Positions 19,823 to 29,779 of a DNA stretch of 64,000 nucleotides are shown here, piece by piece (position 1 is the first letter of the stretch; the number at the start of each line of letters is the position of its first letter). The notes under the pieces were generated by a model, which did not search any database, was not told the origin of the DNA, and saw only the letters and a list, made by a program, of their open reading frames with translations. The translations under genes and the position numbers were made by a program. The DNA is from Flavobacteriales bacterium (lineage in GTDB: Bacteria; Bacteroidota; Bacteroidia; Palsa-965): positions 1 through 64,000 of the forward strand of contig JBEIPA010000021.1 in the NCBI GenBank assembly GCA_040377305.1. Reading direction: 5' to 3'.

Positions 19823-19895
19823 TAAGTAAATAAGTCAATAAGTAATAAGTAAACACTGTACGACTGCCAACTGACCAACTGCATACTGCCTACTG
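19823..19895. repeat. Short-period arrays in the nuoK-nuoL spacer: TAAGT x4 followed by ACTG-core x6
   Basis: TAAGTAAA TAAGTCAA TAAGTAA TAAGT, then ACTGTACG ACTGCCA ACTGACCA ACTGCAT ACTGCCT ACTG. Confidence 0.85.
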
Positions 19896-19899
19896 ATAT

Positions 19900-21858
19900 A
19901 TGACCGATTCATTAGCACTCTTACTCGTTCCAGGACTTCCGTTTTTCGGATTCCTCTTGCTGTCTATTGTCGGCAAGCGGTATTTCCCGAAACAGAGCGG
20001 CATGGTAGGAACGTTGCTCATGTTCGCAACGTGTGCCATTGCAGTGATTACGGTGTACAACTATTTCTTCGTCACCGGAAAAAGCGTGGACGGTGTGTAC
20101 CAGCACATTCATGCCTATAAATATGTGTGGCTGCCGTTCACGGATACATTGTCCATCGATATGGGTGCAATGATGGATCCGATTTCAATGCTCATGATCG
20201 TGGTTGTAACGTTCGTGTCGTTGATGGTTCACATTTACAGCCTCGGTTATATGAAAGGCGAAGAGCGTTTCGCGATTTACTATTCATACCTCGGACTCTT
20301 CACGTTCTCCATGCTTGGACTTGTTCTCGCAACCAACATCTTTCAGATTTACATCTTCTGGGAATTAGTTGGTGTGTCGTCGTTCTTGCTCATCGGATAT
20401 TACTTCGACAAACCATCTGCAGTGGCAGCATCGAAAAAAGCATTCATCGTTACACGTTTTGCAGATGCAGGATTCCTCATCGGAATTCTCACGCTCTCTT
20501 ATTACACCGGCACAATGGATTTTGATCTGATGATCCAGAAACTCACGATGCCGGGTGCTGAATTAACTGCGATCACAACAGCCGGCTTCCTCGGAATTTC
20601 TGCACTCACCTGGGGACTACTTCTCGTATTCATGGGTGGAGCAGGGAAGAGCGCAATGTTCCCGTTACACATCTGGCTTCCGGATGCGATGGAAGGACCG
20701 ACGCCGGTTTCTGCACTCATTCACGCGGCAACGATGGTGGTTGCGGGCGTTTATCTCGTTGGAAGATTGTTCCCGATTTTCGCCATGTCGTGTCCGGTTG
20801 CGCTCGATGTCGTCGCGTACATTGGAGTTTTCTCATCCATGTTCGCTGCAGTCGTCGCCTGTACACAGACAGATATTAAACGAGTACTCGCGTATTCAAC
20901 CATGTCGCAAATCGGATACATGATGTTTGCACTTGGTGTTTCCGGCTATGGAGAAAACGGACTTGGATTCACCGCTTCGTTCTTCCACTTGTTCACGCAC
21001 GCCATGTTCAAAGCGTTGTTGTTCCTCGGAGCTGGCGCTGTAATTCATTATGTGCACAGTAATGATATGAAAGACATGGGTGGACTCCGTAAACACATGC
21101 CGGTGACACATATCGTGTTTCTTATCGCTTGTCTGGCAATTTCCGGTTTCCCGGGCTTCGCCGGATTCTTCTCGAAAGAAGAAATTCTCACTGCAGCACA
21201 CGAAAGTAATCCGGTTATCTACTGGTGCGCGCTTGCAACGGCTGGTTTAACTGCATTCTATATGTTCCGTTTGTACTTCAGCATTTTCTGGGGCAAGACG
21301 TATCACGCGCACAAGAAGGACGATCATCACGCCGACGATCATGCACACCACGGTGAAGCACCATGGTCAATGAAAATTCCTCTGATTATACTCGCGATTC
21401 TTTCCGTCGCGTCTGGATGGATTTCATTCGGCAGTTTCGTTTCAAGCGATGGAAGTCCGATGCACACAGAATTTCACTTAAGTGCTGCCGCATTGCCTGT
21501 TGGACTTGCATTCGTAGCCATTGCAATTGCCCTGTTGATGTATGGCAAAGCGAATACAATGCCTTCACGAATTGCAACAACCGCGCGTGGACTTTACCGC
21601 GGCGCATTGAACAAATTCTACATCGACGAGATTTATATGTTCATCACTAAGAGAATTCTGTTCGGATTCTTTGGACCTATCGCCGCATGGATTGACAAGA
21701 ATATAGTGGACGGAATTGTGAATTTCTTAGGAATGGCCTCCGAAAATATTTCAGATACATTACGCCTGATGCAAAACGGAAAAGTGCAGAACTACGCGGT
21801 CTACGTTTTTAGTGGACTACTTGGTTTTGTCATTTTGATGGTCTTCTTATGGCGGTAA
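19900..21858 (+). CDS. nuoL: Complex I subunit L
   Basis: 'GKSAMFPLHIWLPDAMEGPTPVSALIHAATMV'; 652 aa. Confidence 0.97.
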   Translation: MTDSLALLLVPGLPFFGFLLLSIVGKRYFPKQSGMVGTLLMFATCAIAVITVYNYFFVTGKSVDGVYQHIHAYKYVWLPFTDTLSIDMGAMMDPISMLMIVVVTFVSLMVHIYSLGYMKGEERFAIYYSYLGLFTFSMLGLVLATNIFQIYIFWELVGVSSFLLIGYYFDKPSAVAASKKAFIVTRFADAGFLIGILTLSYYTGTMDFDLMIQKLTMPGAELTAITTAGFLGISALTWGLLLVFMGGAGKSAMFPLHIWLPDAMEGPTPVSALIHAATMVVAGVYLVGRLFPIFAMSCPVALDVVAYIGVFSSMFAAVVACTQTDIKRVLAYSTMSQIGYMMFALGVSGYGENGLGFTASFFHLFTHAMFKALLFLGAGAVIHYVHSNDMKDMGGLRKHMPVTHIVFLIACLAISGFPGFAGFFSKEEILTAAHESNPVIYWCALATAGLTAFYMFRLYFSIFWGKTYHAHKKDDHHADDHAHHGEAPWSMKIPLIILAILSVASGWISFGSFVSSDGSPMHTEFHLSAAALPVGLAFVAIAIALLMYGKANTMPSRIATTARGLYRGALNKFYIDEIYMFITKRILFGFFGPIAAWIDKNIVDGIVNFLGMASENISDTLRLMQNGKVQNYAVYVFSGLLGFVILMVFLWR

Positions 21859-21893
21859 TTAACTAATCGGAAATCGAAAATCAACTAATCGAA

Positions 21894-23384
21894 ATGAGTC
21901 TAACGCTTCTCGTCCTTATTCCATTCCTCACCGCACTGTTCGTGATCTTCTGTCGCACGAATGAGCAGGTGAAGTGGACGGCGTTTATCGGTTCCGTTGC
22001 ACAATTGGGAACAGCGTTATTCATGTTCTTCGATTACACGATGCTGCGTAAAGCGGGACAGAATCTGCAATTCCTGTACGAAGAGAATCACGTGTGGTTT
22101 AAGAGCATGAACATCAACTATCACATTGGTGTAGATGGAATTGCCATTGCGATGATCTTGCTCACCGCACTCGTTGTTGTTGCCGGCGTTCTTGTTTCAT
22201 GGAAAGTAGAGCATCACACCAAAGAGTTCTTCTTATTACTCGTGTTGCTTAGTACTGGCGCATACGGATTCTTTATTTCGCTTGATCTGTTCACCATGTT
22301 CTTCTTCCTCGAACTTGCAGTTATCCCGAAGTTCCTGTTGATCGGAATATGGGGAAGTGGCAGAAAGGAATACAGCGCGATGAAGCTCGCACTCATGCTC
22401 ATGGGCGGATCTGCGCTCGTGCTGATTGGTTTGATCATTGTTTACTTCAACTCAAACGTGAATGGTCAGCATACGTATGATCTGATTGCGCTCTCACAAA
22501 ACAAAGTCGACTGGCAGACACAATTAATTGCATTCCCGTTCCTCTTCGCAGGATTCGGAGTATTCACTGCTATGTTCCCGTTCCATACGTGGGCACCTGA
22601 TGGTCACTCATCAGCACCAACAGCGGCATCCATGTTCCTCGCAGGAATTTCCATGAAACTTGGTGGTTACGGTTGTCTGCGCGTTGCAGTTTATCTTCTG
22701 CCGGATGCGGCACAACATTATTCGTGGATCATCATTCTGCTTGCAGCAATTGCAATCTTCTACGGTTCATTCGCAACGATGATGCAGAAGGATTTGAAAT
22801 ACATTAACGCTTACTCTTCGGTGAGTCACTGCGGATTTGTAATTCTCGGTATCGGTATGCTCACGAAGACAGCAATCACCGGAGCAGTCATGCAAATGGT
22901 TTCACACGGATTGATGACCGCTTTATTCTTCGCTGCAATCGGTATGATATACGAACGTACGCATACACGTGATGTCGCGAAGATGGGCGGACTCCTGAAA
23001 GTCATTCCTTTCTTGTCGACCATTTTCATTATCGCAGGTTTGTGTTCACTCGGTCTTCCGGGCTTGAGCGGATTTGCAGCAGAGATGACCGTATTCCAGG
23101 GAGCATGGCAGCGTCCTGAAACGTATGCGCGTCTCGCAACGGTTTTAGGTTGTGCATCAATCGTAGTAACTGCAGTTTACATTCTCCGCGCTTCTGGTAA
23201 GGTGATCATGGGTCCGATTACAGATGAACATCACAAACACATTACGGATGCAAAGTGGAATGAGCGCCTTGCAGCAATACTTCTTCTGGTCGCGATTCTT
23301 GCAATCGGTACAGCACCTTTCTGGCTGACTGATCTTTTGAATCCGGGCTCTCAGGAAATCATGAACCAAATAACCGCACGATAG
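21894..23384 (+). CDS. nuoM: Complex I subunit M
   Basis: 'FPFHTWAPDGH', 'MKLGGYG' and 'AYSSVSH'. Confidence 0.96.
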   Translation: MSLTLLVLIPFLTALFVIFCRTNEQVKWTAFIGSVAQLGTALFMFFDYTMLRKAGQNLQFLYEENHVWFKSMNINYHIGVDGIAIAMILLTALVVVAGVLVSWKVEHHTKEFFLLLVLLSTGAYGFFISLDLFTMFFFLELAVIPKFLLIGIWGSGRKEYSAMKLALMLMGGSALVLIGLIIVYFNSNVNGQHTYDLIALSQNKVDWQTQLIAFPFLFAGFGVFTAMFPFHTWAPDGHSSAPTAASMFLAGISMKLGGYGCLRVAVYLLPDAAQHYSWIIILLAAIAIFYGSFATMMQKDLKYINAYSSVSHCGFVILGIGMLTKTAITGAVMQMVSHGLMTALFFAAIGMIYERTHTRDVAKMGGLLKVIPFLSTIFIIAGLCSLGLPGLSGFAAEMTVFQGAWQRPETYARLATVLGCASIVVTAVYILRASGKVIMGPITDEHHKHITDAKWNERLAAILLLVAILAIGTAPFWLTDLLNPGSQEIMNQITAR

Positions 23385-23396
23385 TTTTCGCTGAAT

Positions 23397-24836
23397 ATGG
23401 ATAAGATGTTTTTCCAGATGATGAAACCAGAGCTGATCTTGACGGGTCTGATCTTCATCTTCCTTATAGCGAAAATCGCGAATCGTGCCGAAGACAATAA
23501 GAAGTTTCTGTTGTTCGCAAACATCTTACTCATTCTCAATTGTGTCGCAGGCTTCGTCTGGACTCCGGACTGGAGTAAAGGGCTTATGCAAGGCGTTCTT
23601 TTCGATAACATGTATCATACTACTCCTACACTTATTCTCGAAAAGAATATTCTGAATTTCGCCTTGGTTCTCATTTCCTTCCTGTCGTACGACTGGTTAA
23701 ATCGCGGAAAGAATACTTCTGAGTTCTACATGCTGTTGTTGTCTTCGCAATTGGGAATGTTCTTTCTCTTGTCGTCGGGCAACTTCCTGATGTTCTTCCT
23801 GTCGATGGAACTTGCAACAATTCCGCTCGCAGCACTTTCGAATTTCGACCTCGATCGTCCGAAGTCACCGGAAGCCGCTTTCAAGAGCATCATGTCATCC
23901 GCATTCGCATCGGCAATCATGTTGTTCGGTATCACATTGATTTATGGAACAACCGGAGCCATTGCGTTCTCTGATGTAATAAACAACCTCATGCCGGGAT
24001 CGCCTCTGCAGATCATGGGCTTTGTGTTCATCTTCGTAGGACTCGCGTTTAAACTTTCACTCGTACCGTTCCACTTGTGGACGGCCGACGTTTATGAAGG
24101 TTCACCTGTTCCGGTTACTGCAGCACTAGCGGTTCTTTCGAAAGGAACGTTCATTTTCGTTTTCGCATCAACGCTGTTCACGGTGTTTCCTGTATTCTTC
24201 GGAGGCTGGGAACGCATGCTGATGATCTCGATCATGATTACGATTTCGTTCGGAAACTTCATGGCGGTGCGTCAGAACAATCTGAAACGACTTCTGGCGT
24301 TCTCGTCTATCGCTCAAATGGGTTATCTCCTCATGGGTATGATGGGTGGGCCAGATTACGCGTCGGGACCAACAGCCATCGTTTACTTCATGGTGATTTA
24401 CGTATTCTCGTCACTCGCCATGTTCGCGGTAGTTGCGCTCGTGTTTGATCGTACAGGTAAAGACGACATTTCTGACTACAAAGGTTTCTACCAGAATAAC
24501 AAACTGTTGAGTTGGGTAGTTGCAATTGCGTTATTCTCCCTCGCAGGAATTCCACCAACAGCAGGTTTCTTCGGAAAGTATTTCTTGCTTACAGCAGGCG
24601 CAGCACGTGGCGATTATTATCTGCTTGCAGTAGCATGTCTGAACATGATTGTGTCGCTTTACTATTACCTGCGCGTTGTGAAAGCCATTTTCATTGACAA
24701 GAGTGAAACTCCGATTGAAAAAATCAAAGTCGGTACTCTGAATGCGACTACGATGGCAATTTGTTGTGCGGGTATCCTCATCATCGGATTCAGCGGGGAC
24801 GTTTTCGAATACATTTCAGGATTTTTCATGAACTAA
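23397..24836 (+). CDS. nuoN: Complex I subunit N
   Basis: 'FKLSLVPFHLWTADVYEGSP' and 'SLAGIPPTAGFFGK'. Confidence 0.96.
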   Translation: MDKMFFQMMKPELILTGLIFIFLIAKIANRAEDNKKFLLFANILLILNCVAGFVWTPDWSKGLMQGVLFDNMYHTTPTLILEKNILNFALVLISFLSYDWLNRGKNTSEFYMLLLSSQLGMFFLLSSGNFLMFFLSMELATIPLAALSNFDLDRPKSPEAAFKSIMSSAFASAIMLFGITLIYGTTGAIAFSDVINNLMPGSPLQIMGFVFIFVGLAFKLSLVPFHLWTADVYEGSPVPVTAALAVLSKGTFIFVFASTLFTVFPVFFGGWERMLMISIMITISFGNFMAVRQNNLKRLLAFSSIAQMGYLLMGMMGGPDYASGPTAIVYFMVIYVFSSLAMFAVVALVFDRTGKDDISDYKGFYQNNKLLSWVVAIALFSLAGIPPTAGFFGKYFLLTAGAARGDYYLLAVACLNMIVSLYYYLRVVKAIFIDKSETPIEKIKVGTLNATTMAICCAGILIIGFSGDVFEYISGFFMN

Positions 24837-24837
24837 G

Positions 24838-25233
24838 ATGGCGCTCAATTCAACTCATACTTTCGAAGAGCTAGATGGCGTAAAATGCTCCATCGTAGAG
24901 AAGCTTGTTCCTCCTGCGCGCGTTGAGTTCCTGAAGGAACTTCTTGAGCACAATGGTTACACCGTTGTTGTTACGGGAACGCCTCCACCAAAAGCGAAAC
25001 CGGCTCCTGCACCAAAAGAGGGAGAAGCACCTGCGCCGCCGCCAGAGCCACCACCAGCTCCAACGACATTTACTGTTGGTGTAACTGATTTATCATTCAG
25101 TGTGATGAATGCGGTGTTCAATCGCGAATTGAAAGCGAAAGACAAGGTGATTGTAACTGCTGCGTATTGGAGACAGGAAGATCTCGCGCCTAAGAAGGAT
25201 TCGTGGTATTGGTTTAATACCAATGGGAATTAA
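24838..25233 (+). CDS. Hypothetical soluble protein with a Pro-rich insert, coupled to nuoN
   Basis: ATG lies 1 nt after the nuoN stop. 131 aa with an internal PPPKAKPAPAPKEGEAPAPPPEPPPAP segment. Confidence 0.85.
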   Translation: MALNSTHTFEELDGVKCSIVEKLVPPARVEFLKELLEHNGYTVVVTGTPPPKAKPAPAPKEGEAPAPPPEPPPAPTTFTVGVTDLSFSVMNAVFNRELKAKDKVIVTAAYWRQEDLAPKKDSWYWFNTNGN

Positions 25234-25264
25234 CGAGTAGTCTGTCAGAAGTAAAAGTGCTTGT

Positions 25265-26410
25265 ATGAGAAACTTTAGATTTACAATCGCACTTCTTCTT
25301 CTCTGTAGCGTTTCTTACGCGCAAACCACGATCATCGATTCGATTCAGCACAACAGCATCACCCGCACGTTTCAGTTTTATGTTCCGGCTTCTTACGTTC
25401 CAGGACAACCTGTTCCGCTGGTCATTGATTTGCATGGCACCGGAAGTAACGGTGCTGCACACGCCCTGCGTACAGATTTCATGTCGATTGCAGACACCGC
25501 GAACTTCATTGTTGCATATCCCGATGGAACACGTGAGCCTTTCACTCAATTGCGTTTCTGGAATTATGGTCCGTCACTTTCCTCGAATGTTGATGACGTA
25601 GGTTTTCTTGAAGCGCTGATTGATTCTATCTCCGCACACTATTCTATCAATCAGAATCGGGTCTACTGCTCCGGAATGTCGAATGGGAGTTTCATGAGTT
25701 ACTACATGGCATGTCAATCGAATCGTTTTGCTGCAGTTGGCGGAGTTACGGGATCCATGTCTACTGCAATGTACAACTCGTGCAATCCTCAACGCCCAAC
25801 ACCAACAATTCATGTCCACGGAACGGACGATAACATCAATCCATATATAGGAACATCGACCATGCAGGCGGTGGAAGATGTGACACGTTTCTGGGTGAAT
25901 CAGAATTCGTGTGATACAACACCAGTTATTTTCCAGATTCCTAATATCGATCCGGCAGATAGTTGTACCGCCGAACGATTCCTGTACAGTAGTGGCGTGA
26001 ATGGTAACACCGTTGAATTTTTCAAAGTAACAAACGGAGGTCACACCTGGCCTGGACATTATGTGTTTACATTCAATGGAAACACGAATATGGATTTTGA
26101 TGCAACTGCCGAGTTGTGGCGATTTTTCAGTCAGTATGAAATTCCAGTTGGAGTAATTGAGAATCGGGCAGACGTTGAGTTAACGATCATGCCGAATCCA
26201 TCAGACGGCATATTTCAACTGAATGCGGGAAACAGAATTGTGACATCTGTGATCATACACGACTTGCAGGGCAGAGTAGTCGAAGAGATGAGAGACGATC
26301 ATATACAGTACCTGGATTTGCGTCATCTCTGCAGCGGTACTTATTTTGCAACGTTTTCGGGAGTGGGTTTTGTCGTAACACGAAAGTTGTTCATTTCTTC
26401 GTCCGATTGA
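25265..26410 (+). CDS. PHB-depolymerase/LpqC-like alpha/beta hydrolase with T9SS type A CTD
   Basis: 'LHG', nucleophile 'GMSNG', 'HGTDD', 'GGHTWPG', and a C-terminal 'IMPNPS...DLQGR...RKL' sorting domain. Confidence 0.87.
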   Translation: MRNFRFTIALLLLCSVSYAQTTIIDSIQHNSITRTFQFYVPASYVPGQPVPLVIDLHGTGSNGAAHALRTDFMSIADTANFIVAYPDGTREPFTQLRFWNYGPSLSSNVDDVGFLEALIDSISAHYSINQNRVYCSGMSNGSFMSYYMACQSNRFAAVGGVTGSMSTAMYNSCNPQRPTPTIHVHGTDDNINPYIGTSTMQAVEDVTRFWVNQNSCDTTPVIFQIPNIDPADSCTAERFLYSSGVNGNTVEFFKVTNGGHTWPGHYVFTFNGNTNMDFDATAELWRFFSQYEIPVGVIENRADVELTIMPNPSDGIFQLNAGNRIVTSVIIHDLQGRVVEEMRDDHIQYLDLRHLCSGTYFATFSGVGFVVTRKLFISSSD

Positions 26411-26539
26411 TTACCGGCGGTGGAATGAAAGCCATCACTTATCAAGTTTAGGGTACATCACTGTAAAAGGTACTGGCATATAGTGAACGAATGTCTTTAG
26501 AATTGCTTCTGTTAAGAAGTAAAATTTAAAGACGACACT

Positions 26540-29500
26540 ATGAAATTCCACCTCCTCTTATTCTCGACCCTCTTTGTTGCAGGTAACGCTTCGGCTCAAT
26601 GGAGCGATGTATCTTCCGTGAACACGCCGATTTGTACAGCGACTAATACACAGACCAGTCAGGTAATCATTTCAGATGGACAGAAGGGAGCTTATGTAGC
26701 CTGGCAGGATTTGCGTTTGGGCGTCATGCAGTATGATATTTTTGTCCAGCATTTTGACTCAACGGGTACTGCGCTGTGGACAACAAATGGTTTGCAGATC
26801 TGCAGTGCGGGAATGGACCAAATGAATCCAACTATGGTTTCAGATGGTGCCGGTGGAATTATAGTTGCCTGGGATGATCGTCGCAGCGGAAACAACGAAG
26901 ATATTTACGCGCAGCGGGTGAATGCAGCAGGAGTTGTTCAGTGGGCCGTAAACGGAGTTGCAGTCTGTACTGCAGTACAAAGTCAGATTATTCCGAAAGC
27001 GACTTCTGATGCCAATGGTGGTGCAATAATCACCTGGCGCGACTCACGTAACGGAGTTGGTAATGATGATTTGTATTGTCAGCGTGTGAATGCGAACGGG
27101 GTTGTGCAATGGACTGCAAACGGTGTTTCCATTTGTGGCGCGATCGACAATCAAACAGCTGCCAATATTGTAAGTGATGGGGCTGGCGGAGCAATTGTTG
27201 CCTGGCAGGACGCACGCAATGGTGCTACCAATACGGATATTTATTCTCAGCGTATCGATGCAACCGGAGCCGTGTTGTGGACGACAGACGGTGTTGCAGT
27301 TTGTGCCGCAACAGCGAATCAGTCTGCACCGCGCCTGGTTACACAAAGCGGAGGTGGAGCAGTGCTCACATGGACAGACTACAGGAACGGAGCAGGAAAT
27401 GCAGACGTGTATGCACAGCGCATTATAACCAACGGCACAGCACAGTGGACTACTGACGGCGTAGCCGTGTGTAATGCTACAAACGCTCAAATTGTAAGTG
27501 ATATTCTGCCGGCAGTTTCGAATGGAGCAACGATTGTATGGCATGATTACCGGAGCGGAACCAACTACGATATTTATACGCAGTTAATCGGGCCGGCAGG
27601 AAGTGCAACGTGGACAGCGAATGGAGTTGTAGTTTGCAATGCGACAGGTGATCAGTCGGGTGCAGTTTTAGTTCCGTATGGTTTGAATGTAATAATCTCG
27701 TGGTCGGATTACCGTGTCGGAAGTCCTGCAGACATTTATGCGCAGAATGTAGACAATGCCGGAACTGTGCAGTGGGTTGCGAACGGTGTTGCAATTTCTG
27801 ACGCAACGGGAGTTCAAGGTGGAATTACGATGACCACAACACCAACCGGAGCAATTATGGCATTCAACGATCGCAGAAACGGCAACTTCGATCTGTATAT
27901 TCAGAACGTTTGTAATACGGGAGTGATTGGCTCACCAGCCTTACCATCGAATCTCACTCCAGCACAAAATCTTACGATCTGCAGTGGCAATACGACCACA
28001 TTATTTACAAATGGAATTGGTACACGAAAATGGTACGATGCAAGTTCAGGTGGTACTTTCCTTCATAGCGGAAACAACTATACGACACCAGTACTCACAG
28101 TTACTGATACTTTTTATGTGCAGCAAATAACATCGTGCGGAACAAGTCCTCGTCTGCCGATTGTTGTGACGGTAAATCCACTTCCGGTTGTTAGTCTTGG
28201 AAGTGACATAACACAATGCGGCGGGAACGTAACGCTTGATGCAGGTACAACCGGTGACACGTACGCCTGGAGCACAGGTGCAACCAGTCAAACGATTACT
28301 GTTACCACATCCGGTGTTTATTCTGTTGCCTCCACGAGTGGAAATGGTTGCGTTGGTCGCGATACGGTTAACGTTACAATCAATCCGTTTCCCGTAGTCA
28401 ATCTCGGAAACGATATTACACAATGCGGTGCGGTTACAATCGACGCAGGCAACGTAGGAAGCACTTATCTGTGGAGCGATAATTCAACAAGTCAGACGTT
28501 GACAACAACAACATCCGGTACTTATAGTGTCGTAGTAACCACAGTTAATGGTTGCACTTCGGGCGATGTAATTAACGTCACGAGTCATTCTTTACCTATT
28601 GTTGGTCTTGGTAGTAATATTGCACAATGCGGTGGTACGGTAACGCTCGACGCACAGAATGCAGGTTCAACTTATTTATGGAATACGAGTGAAGCAACTC
28701 AGACCATTGTTGTTTCGGCAAATGGAAACTACAGCGTACAGGTAACTGATGCGAACGGATGCACCGGTACCGATGCAATCAACGTCGACATTTATGCGGT
28801 ACCAACAGTTGCTCTTGGAAATGACACCACCTTGTGCGGACCATTGACATTAAATGCCGGCAACAGCGGTAGTACGTATCTGTGGAGTGATAATTCTTCC
28901 GGACAAACACTCGCGGCTTCGATAAGCGGAACTTATAGCGTGGTTGTGACTACGGTCAACGGTTGCACAGGAACCGACGCAATTGATGTAACGAGTTTAG
29001 CGCTTCCGGTTGTGACATTGGGAGCCGACATCAATCAGTGCGGCGGTTCGGTGATGCTTGATGCACAGAACGCCGGATCAACATTTGTTTGGAGTACGAA
29101 CGCAACATCCCAAACTATTACGGTTACAACATCAGGTTCATACAATGTTCAGGTTGCAGCTGTTAATGGTTGCTCGGCAAGTGACACGATCAACGTCGTG
29201 ATCAACAATGTAGACACTTCAATAACGCCCGGTTTCGGAAGCTTCACCGCAAATGCAAGCGGAGCAGGTTATCAATGGATTGATTGCGGAAACGGAAATA
29301 CTCCGGTGAGTGGAGCAACAGCTCAAACGTTTATACCATCAGCAAACGGAACATACGCAGTTGTTGTCACGCAGAATAGCTGTACTGACACGAGCGGATG
29401 TTATTCGGTTCAGAATGTTGGAATAGGAGAGAACAACGATGTTCAGATTTCTATGTATCCGAATCCGGTCGATGAGCAGATGACGATTAACGTTCCTTCC

Positions 29501-29665
29501 GGAGGTGTAATTCAGATTTACTCGACAACTGGTGACGTAGTACTTGCCCAAAATGTATTTGCAGGAAAGAATACAATCAATACGGAAGTACTTAGCGCCG
29601 GCATGTATGTTGTGCGATTCATCACCGACCAGGGAACCAGCTCACGAAGACTTATTGTTCAGTAA
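26540..29665 (+). CDS. Large T9SS-secreted repeat protein (probable beta-propeller, Ig-like stalk and CTD)
   Basis: Eight ~56-aa 'GAIVAWxDxR..DIYxQ...G..W..NGV.VC' repeats, five ~69-aa 'PVVxLGxDITQCG' repeats, and a CTD 'MYPNP...GMYVVR...RRLIVQ'. Confidence 0.9.
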   Translation: MKFHLLLFSTLFVAGNASAQWSDVSSVNTPICTATNTQTSQVIISDGQKGAYVAWQDLRLGVMQYDIFVQHFDSTGTALWTTNGLQICSAGMDQMNPTMVSDGAGGIIVAWDDRRSGNNEDIYAQRVNAAGVVQWAVNGVAVCTAVQSQIIPKATSDANGGAIITWRDSRNGVGNDDLYCQRVNANGVVQWTANGVSICGAIDNQTAANIVSDGAGGAIVAWQDARNGATNTDIYSQRIDATGAVLWTTDGVAVCAATANQSAPRLVTQSGGGAVLTWTDYRNGAGNADVYAQRIITNGTAQWTTDGVAVCNATNAQIVSDILPAVSNGATIVWHDYRSGTNYDIYTQLIGPAGSATWTANGVVVCNATGDQSGAVLVPYGLNVIISWSDYRVGSPADIYAQNVDNAGTVQWVANGVAISDATGVQGGITMTTTPTGAIMAFNDRRNGNFDLYIQNVCNTGVIGSPALPSNLTPAQNLTICSGNTTTLFTNGIGTRKWYDASSGGTFLHSGNNYTTPVLTVTDTFYVQQITSCGTSPRLPIVVTVNPLPVVSLGSDITQCGGNVTLDAGTTGDTYAWSTGATSQTITVTTSGVYSVASTSGNGCVGRDTVNVTINPFPVVNLGNDITQCGAVTIDAGNVGSTYLWSDNSTSQTLTTTTSGTYSVVVTTVNGCTSGDVINVTSHSLPIVGLGSNIAQCGGTVTLDAQNAGSTYLWNTSEATQTIVVSANGNYSVQVTDANGCTGTDAINVDIYAVPTVALGNDTTLCGPLTLNAGNSGSTYLWSDNSSGQTLAASISGTYSVVVTTVNGCTGTDAIDVTSLALPVVTLGADINQCGGSVMLDAQNAGSTFVWSTNATSQTITVTTSGSYNVQVAAVNGCSASDTINVVINNVDTSITPGFGSFTANASGAGYQWIDCGNGNTPVSGATAQTFIPSANGTYAVVVTQNSCTDTSGCYSVQNVGIGENNDVQISMYPNPVDEQMTINVPSGGVIQIYSTTGDVVLAQNVFAGKNTINTEVLSAGMYVVRFITDQGTSSRRLIVQ

Positions 29666-29687
29666 TGCGAGTGTAACCCCCTTGCTA

Positions 29688-29718
29688 GCGGTCGGAAAGT
29701 GATTTCCGGCCGTTTTTT
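29688..29718 (+). terminator. Rho-independent terminator
   Basis: GCGGTCGGAAA-gtga-TTTCCGGCCGT followed by a T run, just after the stop at 29665. Confidence 0.8.
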
Positions 29719-29779
29719 GCATCTAATAGGTAGGTGTCACTATTATACAAATTGGCGTTATAGCTTTAAATTCGTCGTC

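Noticed and set aside
21300-21360. His-rich loop in NuoL (HAHKKDDHHADDHAHH)
   Set aside because: His-rich loops at this position are common in NuoL and not distinctive.
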